A stretch of 64,000 nt of DNA from NCBI GenBank assembly GCA_035540535.1, contig DATLGI010000138.1, positions 6,924-70,923 on the forward strand. Direction: 5' to 3'. Of this stretch, positions 59,384 through 64,000 are shown one piece after another; the first letter of the stretch is position 1; each line of letters begins with the position of its first letter. The notes beneath the pieces are model-generated. The model had not been told where the DNA came from. It saw nothing but the letters and a program-made list of their open reading frames with translations, and did not search any database. Position numbers and translations under genes: made by a program. The stretch comes from Pseudonocardia sp. (GTDB lineage Bacteria > Actinomycetota > Actinomycetes > Mycobacteriales > Pseudonocardiaceae).

Positions 59384-60384
59384 GCGCGTGCGGCGGCGTG
59401 CACCCGGTCGTAGGCGGTGCCGAGCTCGCCCAGGCCGATGAAGTCCATGCACTCGCCGTGGCCGACCTGCCCGTTCACCGTCCAGCGCAGCAGGCAGTTG
59501 TGCCCCACCGTCCCCGGCCAGGCCTGCCACGGGAACGTGGTGAGCGCAGTGCCCTCGAGCTCCCAGGTCCGGTCCGCCGAGTCCGTGACCGTCAGCTGGA
59601 TCGCCTCCGGGTAGAAGTCATGGCGGTATGTGGTGCCCCCGCCCGCCTTGAGGCCGTAGACCTTGCCGTGGTCGAGCACGTAGCCGTGGGTCATCGTCTG
59701 GGTCGAGGGTGCGTCCGGTCCGCCGTCGGTGGAGAAGTCGCAGATGACGTGGATCGCCAGGTCGGGGGAGACGTGGGCGTGCTGCCACGACAGCCGTGAG
59801 GTCTGGCGCTCGGCGCGGACCCCCCAGCTGTGGTCCATCGTCGACACGCAGTCGATCGGGGTTGTCGCGCCGCGCAGGACGATCTCGCCCTCGAAGCGGC
59901 CCGTCTGGTCGAAGTGCCCCGCGTAGGCGTGGCCCCAGGTCTTGTCCATGTCCCGCCCGGCGGCCATCGGGTCCATCTCCGGGTCGTTGATGTCGTAGGG
60001 CTCCATCAGCGCCGAGTAGCGGAAGTGCAGCTCCAGGCCGGCGGCGGGATCGGAGTAGTCGACGTCCCACACCTTGTTGGGCTCGGCGCATCGGACCTTC
60101 AGCCCGTTCGCCAGCGCGTAGTCGAGCAGGTTCGACGGCTGCGGCACCACGAGGTGCTGCCACGCGTCCCAGTAGTCCGCGGCCCACGGCATGGTCACCC
60201 GCCGGGAGTTGACCGACACCGTCGAGCCGACCACTCCGATCGGCTCGCGGAACAGTCCGTAGACACCGATGTTCATCGGCCGGTCGGCGTCCTGGCCGGC
60301 GTACAGGCCGAAGTAGTTGGTCTCGGCCCAGAGCGGGTCGTCTGTCGTCGGGGGGTGGAACTGCGCGTCCTCGGGACGGATCAC
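59380..60384 (-). CDS. hypothetical protein (possibly AttH/CrtC-like beta-rich fold)
   Basis: Lies in the frame of ORF 59380..60504 with GTG 60384 after a GAGGAGG RBS. The composition is coding-like (W/Y/H/D rich). The family assignment is uncertain. Confidence 0.6.
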   Translation of the reverse strand: MIRPEDAQFHPPTTDDPLWAETNYFGLYAGQDADRPMNIGVYGLFREPIGVVGSTVSVNSRRVTMPWAADYWDAWQHLVVPQPSNLLDYALANGLKVRCAEPNKVWDVDYSDPAAGLELHFRYSALMEPYDINDPEMDPMAAGRDMDKTWGHAYAGHFDQTGRFEGEIVLRGATTPIDCVSTMDHSWGVRAERQTSRLSWQHAHVSPDLAIHVICDFSTDGGPDAPSTQTMTHGYVLDHGKVYGLKAGGGTTYRHDFYPEAIQLTVTDSADRTWELEGTALTTFPWQAWPGTVGHNCLLRWTVNGQVGHGECMDFIGLGELGTAYDRVHAAARA

Positions 60385-60571
60385 CGGTGAACCTCCTCGT
60401 GGCGGGTTGCGGCCTCGCCCTCTCGTCCCCGCGAGCGTGTCCCCTGCGCGCGGCGGGAGCCACTGTGCCCGGGGACAACGAGGCAGGCAGCCGTTGTCCT
60501 TCACGGATAACGTCGTCCGATTCTGCCCGCCCTACTGTCCGGTGCAGCGAACCGAGAAGAGGTGACCGGGC

Positions 60572-60865
60572 ATGCAGCTGGCCAAGGTGCTCGGCCAGGT
60601 CGTCTCGACGGTCAAGGAACCCGGCCTGGACCGGTTCACGCTGCTCCTGGTGCAGGAGGCCTCCGGGGCTGACCCCGAGCGGACGAGCGGTGCCGCATAC
60701 GTCGCGGTCGACCTCGTCGGCGCCGGCGTCGGTGAGGTGGTTCTCGTCGCCACGGGCGGCGCGGCCCGGGTCGCGGCCGGCGCCGACGCCCCGACCGACC
60801 GAGCCGTCGTCGCCATCGCCGACACGGTGGTGCGGTCCGGCTCGGTCGCCTACCGCAAGTCATGA
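60572..60865 (+). CDS. bacterial microcompartment vertex protein (EutN/CcmL family, BMV)
   Basis: ORF 60572..60865 reads [15 protein letters not shown] ... [23 protein letters not shown] ... [11 protein letters not shown]. Confidence 0.9.
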   Translation: MQLAKVLGQVVSTVKEPGLDRFTLLLVQEASGADPERTSGAAYVAVDLVGAGVGEVVLVATGGAARVAAGADAPTDRAVVAIADTVVRSGSVAYRKS

Positions 60866-61251
60866 CCACCGCAGCGGCTCTGCCCACTCATTCCGCCGTC
60901 GGACGAGACCACCTGGAGGACGACATGGCTCCCACCACAGCAGGCGCGAACGGGGGGACCACCATGCGCGGTGCCCTCGGCCTGATCGAGACGAAGGGCC
61001 TCGTCGGGGCCATCGAGGCCGCGGACGCGATGGTGAAGGCGGCCAACGTGCAGGTCGTCGGGCACCGTGAGATCGGTGGCGGCCTCGTGACGGTGATGGT
61101 GCGAGGCGACGTCGGGGCCGTCAAGGCCGCGACCGACGCCGGCGCGGTGGCCGCGGGCAAGGCCGGCGAGGTCGTGTCGGTACACGTCATCCCGCGCCCG
61201 CACGACGAGACCGAGGGCATCCTCGCCGTCCTCACCCGCCCGAAGGGCTGA
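60862..61251 (+). CDS. BMC-H shell protein (PduA/EutM/CcmK-type BMC domain) with N-terminal extension
   Basis: ORF 60862..61251 overlaps the BMV stop (ATGA). It has [30 protein letters not shown] ... [19 protein letters not shown] ... SVHVIPRPH. Confidence 0.92.
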   Translation: MTTAAALPTHSAVGRDHLEDDMAPTTAGANGGTTMRGALGLIETKGLVGAIEAADAMVKAANVQVVGHREIGGGLVTVMVRGDVGAVKAATDAGAVAAGKAGEVVSVHVIPRPHDETEGILAVLTRPKG

Positions 61252-61336
61252 ACCGATACCGCCCCGTCCGGGACGGCGTCGCGGCGCCGACCTCCGGGCG
61301 GGCACCCGGCCACCGGAGTCCGAACCGAGGTGAGGA

Positions 61337-62737
61337 ATGACCACACTCGTCGAACCAGGGCTGGATGCCGACCTCGCCGCGCTCGCCGACGTGCGAGCCA
61401 AGGCTCGTGCCGCCCGCCGAGCCTTCGAGGCGCTGGAAGGCGCGGACCAGGAGACGCTGGACCGTTACGTCCGCGCGATGGCGCTGGCCGGCACCAAGGC
61501 CGCCGAGGAGCTCGCCCGGCTGGCCGTGGACGAGACCGGATACGGCGTCTACGAGCACAAGATCTACAAGAACCGGTACAACACGGGTTTCGTCGCCAGG
61601 TGGATGCTGGAGCGCCGCGCCGTCGGTGTGCTCTGGGTGGACGACGCCGCTCGCGTCACCGCCGTCGGCACCCCGATGGGAGTGATCGCCGGCATCATCC
61701 CGGTCACCAACCCGACGTCGACCGCACTGTTCAAGAGCCTGGCCGCCGTGAAGTCGGGCAACGCGATCGTGCACGCCCCGCATCCACGGGCGGCTCGGTG
61801 CACGCTCCGAACGGCGGAGATCATGGCCGACGCCCTGGTGTCCGCCGGTGCCCCGGAGGGCCTGGTGTCCTGTCTGGTCGAGCCGTCGTTGGCGTCGACG
61901 CAGGAGCTGATGCGCAGGCCGGAGGTCGCACTGGTGCTCGCCACGGGCGGGCCCGGCATGGTGCGCGCGGCGTACTCGAGCGGGAAGCCGACCATCGCGG
62001 TCGGGGCGGGAAACGTGCCCGCCTACGTCGGCGCCAGCGTTCCGGACGCGGCCGAGGCCGCCGAAATGATCATCACGTCGAAGTCGTTCGACAACGGAAC
62101 GGCGTGTGTGGCCGAGCAGTCCGTCGTCGTCGTCGACGGCGTGGCGCCGGCCTTCCTCGCCGCGTTCGAGGCGAAGGGCGCGTACTGCCTCAACGCACCG
62201 CAGCAGGCGGCGCTCGTCCGGGTGCTGTTCGACGAGCGGGGCGCGCTGCGTCCGGCGTCGGTCGGGCAGACCGCGGTGCGGCTGGCCGAGCTCGCCGGTT
62301 TCACCGTGCCCTCGACGACGCGGGTCCTGGCAGCGGAGCTCGACGCCGTCGGCCTGGAGACGCCGCTCTCACGGGAGATCCTCGGCCCGGTCCTGTCCGT
62401 GTACCGCGTCCGGGATGCGGCGGCCGGTCTCGCGCGCTGCCGCGAGGTCCTGGCGCTGGACGGCGAAGGCCACACCGCCGCCGTGCACGCCGGCGACCCC
62501 GAGGAGATCGCACCGTTCGGCGCCCTGCCCGCCGGCCGGATCGTGATCAACACGCCGGCTCTGTTCGGCGGCATGGGCTACTCCACCGAGGTCGACCCCT
62601 CGTTCCAGCTCGGCACCGGCACGTGGAGCGGCTCGATCTGCTCGGACAACGTCACGCCGCTGCACCTGATCAACATCAAGCGGATCGCCCATGAGGTGCG
62701 GCCCTGGCGAACCGTCTACGACCCGGTGGAGCTCTAG
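61337..62737 (+). CDS. acylating (CoA-dependent) aldehyde dehydrogenase, EutE/PduP-like
   Basis: ORF 61337..62737 has IIPVTNPTST and the FDNGTACVAEQS catalytic Cys region. Confidence 0.88.
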   Translation: MTTLVEPGLDADLAALADVRAKARAARRAFEALEGADQETLDRYVRAMALAGTKAAEELARLAVDETGYGVYEHKIYKNRYNTGFVARWMLERRAVGVLWVDDAARVTAVGTPMGVIAGIIPVTNPTSTALFKSLAAVKSGNAIVHAPHPRAARCTLRTAEIMADALVSAGAPEGLVSCLVEPSLASTQELMRRPEVALVLATGGPGMVRAAYSSGKPTIAVGAGNVPAYVGASVPDAAEAAEMIITSKSFDNGTACVAEQSVVVVDGVAPAFLAAFEAKGAYCLNAPQQAALVRVLFDERGALRPASVGQTAVRLAELAGFTVPSTTRVLAAELDAVGLETPLSREILGPVLSVYRVRDAAAGLARCREVLALDGEGHTAAVHAGDPEEIAPFGALPAGRIVINTPALFGGMGYSTEVDPSFQLGTGTWSGSICSDNVTPLHLINIKRIAHEVRPWRTVYDPVEL

Positions 62738-63559
62738 GTGATGGCGCTGGCCTGCGACCCGCGGGAGCTGCTCGCGGCGGCGTCCGCCCGGATGGGTGCC
62801 GAGCCCGTGCTGCCGGCCGGGCCGCTGCACGATGTCCGCGTCGGAGTCGACCTGGGTACCGCGAGCTGCGTCCTCGTCGTCCTCGACGCCGACGGCGCGC
62901 CCGTATGGCTCGACGCGCACCCGTCCGGGGCGTTGCGCGACGGCGTGGTCGTCGATTTCGCCCGCGCCATCGACACGGTGCGTCGGCTGCGCGAGGCCGC
63001 GGAGACCGCGCTCGGCGTCGAGCTGCGGCGCACCGCGACCGCCTACCCGCCGTGCATCCCGGCGGAGGACGCCCGGGCCTGCACCTACGTCTGCGAGTCG
63101 GCGGGCTTCGCCGACGTCGTCCTCGTCGACGAGGTGACCGCCGCGCAGCGGACACTCGAGGTGGGCGACGGCGTCGTCGTCGACGTCGGCGGTGGTTCGA
63201 CCGGCGTCGGGGTGTTCCGCGACGGTCGCCTCGTTCAGCTCGACGACCGCCCCGGCGGCGGGCACCACCTCGATCTCGTCCTGGCTGGGGCGCTGCGCAT
63301 CCCGCTGGACGAGGCCGAACCCTGGAAGCGCGCACATCCCGCTGACGCGTTGCCCATCCTGGTGCCCGGCCTGCAACGCATCGCCGAGAACGTGCGTGCC
63401 CTGACCCGAGGCGCCGACGACCTGCCGCTGCACCTCGCCGGCGGCGCCCTCATGATCGCCGGCGCGGGTGACGTGCTGGCCTCCTACCTGGAGCGACCTG
63501 TCGTGACCTATCCGCACGCCCTGCTGATCACCCCCCTCGGCATCGCGAGGTCGGCATGA
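62738..63559 (+). CDS. eutJ: EutJ-like actin/Hsp70-fold protein
   Basis: ORF 62738..63559 has VGVDLGTAS and VVDVGGGSTGV phosphate-binding motifs. Confidence 0.85.
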   Translation: MMALACDPRELLAAASARMGAEPVLPAGPLHDVRVGVDLGTASCVLVVLDADGAPVWLDAHPSGALRDGVVVDFARAIDTVRRLREAAETALGVELRRTATAYPPCIPAEDARACTYVCESAGFADVVLVDEVTAAQRTLEVGDGVVVDVGGGSTGVGVFRDGRLVQLDDRPGGGHHLDLVLAGALRIPLDEAEPWKRAHPADALPILVPGLQRIAENVRALTRGADDLPLHLAGGALMIAGAGDVLASYLERPVVTYPHALLITPLGIARSA

Positions 63560-64000
63560 GCGAGCCCACGCTGCGCACCTACGCCTTCGTCGACCGGATG
63601 CAGCCGCAGTGTGCCGCGCACATCGCGGCCACCAGCCCCGGAGACGTGCCCCTCGCGGGAATGGCCGAGCTGTACATCGAGATGGCACCCGGCAACGAGG
63701 TGTTCCGTGCCGCCGACATCGCCCTCAAGGCGGCGGGCGTGCGCCCGGCGCTGCAGATCATCGAGCGCGAGTTCGGCCTGCTGGAGATCCACTCCGAGCA
63801 GCAGGCCGAGGTGCTGGCCTCCGGACAGGCCATCCTCGACGAGCTGGGGATGACCGAGGCGGACCGCCTGAAGCCGGTGATCGCGTCCACGCAGTTCATC
63901 ACGAACGTCCACCCCTACCAGGCCCAGCTGCTCAACAAGTGGCGCAAGGGGTCGATGCTCATGCCGGGGCAGAGCTTGTTCGTGATGGAGGTGGCGCCGG
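63556..64000 (+). CDS. BMC-domain-like shell protein (probable tandem/BMC-T type); 3' end lies outside the window
   Basis: My own translation from ATG 63556, which overlaps the eutJ stop (ATGA): MSEPTLRTYAFVDRMQPQCAAHIA...LYIEMAPGNEVFRAADIALKAAGV...FGLLEIHSEQQAEVLASGQAIL. The frame is open to the window end, so it is absent from the ORF track. Confidence 0.55.
   Translation, partial: MSEPTLRTYAFVDRMQPQCAAHIAATSPGDVPLAGMAELYIEMAPGNEVFRAADIALKAAGVRPALQIIEREFGLLEIHSEQQAEVLASGQAILDELGMTEADRLKPVIASTQFITNVHPYQAQLLNKWRKGSMLMPGQSLFVMEVAP

Noticed and set aside
1-64000. CRISPR arrays, rRNA/tRNA genes, and intact transposases or integrases.
   Set aside because: I noticed no regularly spaced direct repeats, no rRNA-like or cloverleaf-compatible segments, and no intact recombinase ORF on reading through. 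This was a visual scan only and is not exhaustive.

Overview
This is a very high-G+C actinomycete chromosome segment (judged by eye, not computed). Gene content suggests Pseudonocardiales/Corynebacteriales: the uppP-DUF3090-SCO1664 block, F420/LLM enzymes, GylR-type glycerol genes and a Zur-type alternative ribosomal protein locus. I found no rRNA, tRNA or CRISPR array. Many long Arg/Pro/Gly-rich ORFs in the track are GC shadow ORFs and were ignored.

Layout:
- 0-12.6 kb: housekeeping genes (M20 peptidase, SDR, quinone oxidoreductase, aldo/keto reductase, uppP, histidine phosphatase, DUF3090, SCO1664-family protein, patatin, acyltransferase, gnd, an alpha/beta hydrolase).
- 12.7-19.2 kb: glycerol catabolism, glpF-glpK-glpD divergent from an IclR regulator plus a second glpK.
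- 19.3-27.2 kb: TerC, asparaginase II, a PHA synthase/RHH protein/PHB depolymerase trio, and a K+ channel.
- 27.2-36.5 kb: an AcoR-like regulator and oxidoreductase/CoA-ligase genes, with two decayed genes.
- 36.8-43.4 kb: a complete, translationally coupled four-gene Wadjet (JetABCD/MksFEBG/EptABCD-like) SMC-type anti-plasmid operon, with a possible IS110 transposase remnant at its 3' edge.
- 45.8-48.4 kb: a full set of Cys-less alternative ribosomal proteins (S14, L28, S18, L33, L31, L32) and a P-loop-less COG0523 protein around a Fur/Zur-type box.
- 48.5-50.7 kb: an ArsR regulator with a P1B-4 metal ATPase that carries an internal deletion, plus a gene remnant.
- 52.5-57.6 kb: an uncharacterised operon of a stand-alone PEP-utiliser swivel domain, an orphan 477-aa protein, a 206-aa winged-helix-like protein and a PPDK-like protein with a degenerate C-terminal domain.
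- 57.6-60.4 kb: an operon of an AttH-like protein, a HAD phosphatase and a Tyr-phosphatase-like protein.
- 60.6-64.0 kb: the start of a bacterial microcompartment (BMC) locus (BMV, BMC-H, acylating aldehyde dehydrogenase, EutJ, a further BMC-like protein).

The best candidates for a special system are the Wadjet operon and the PPDK-like/phosphatase gene set beside the BMC locus. I cannot assign that second set to any characterised pathway.
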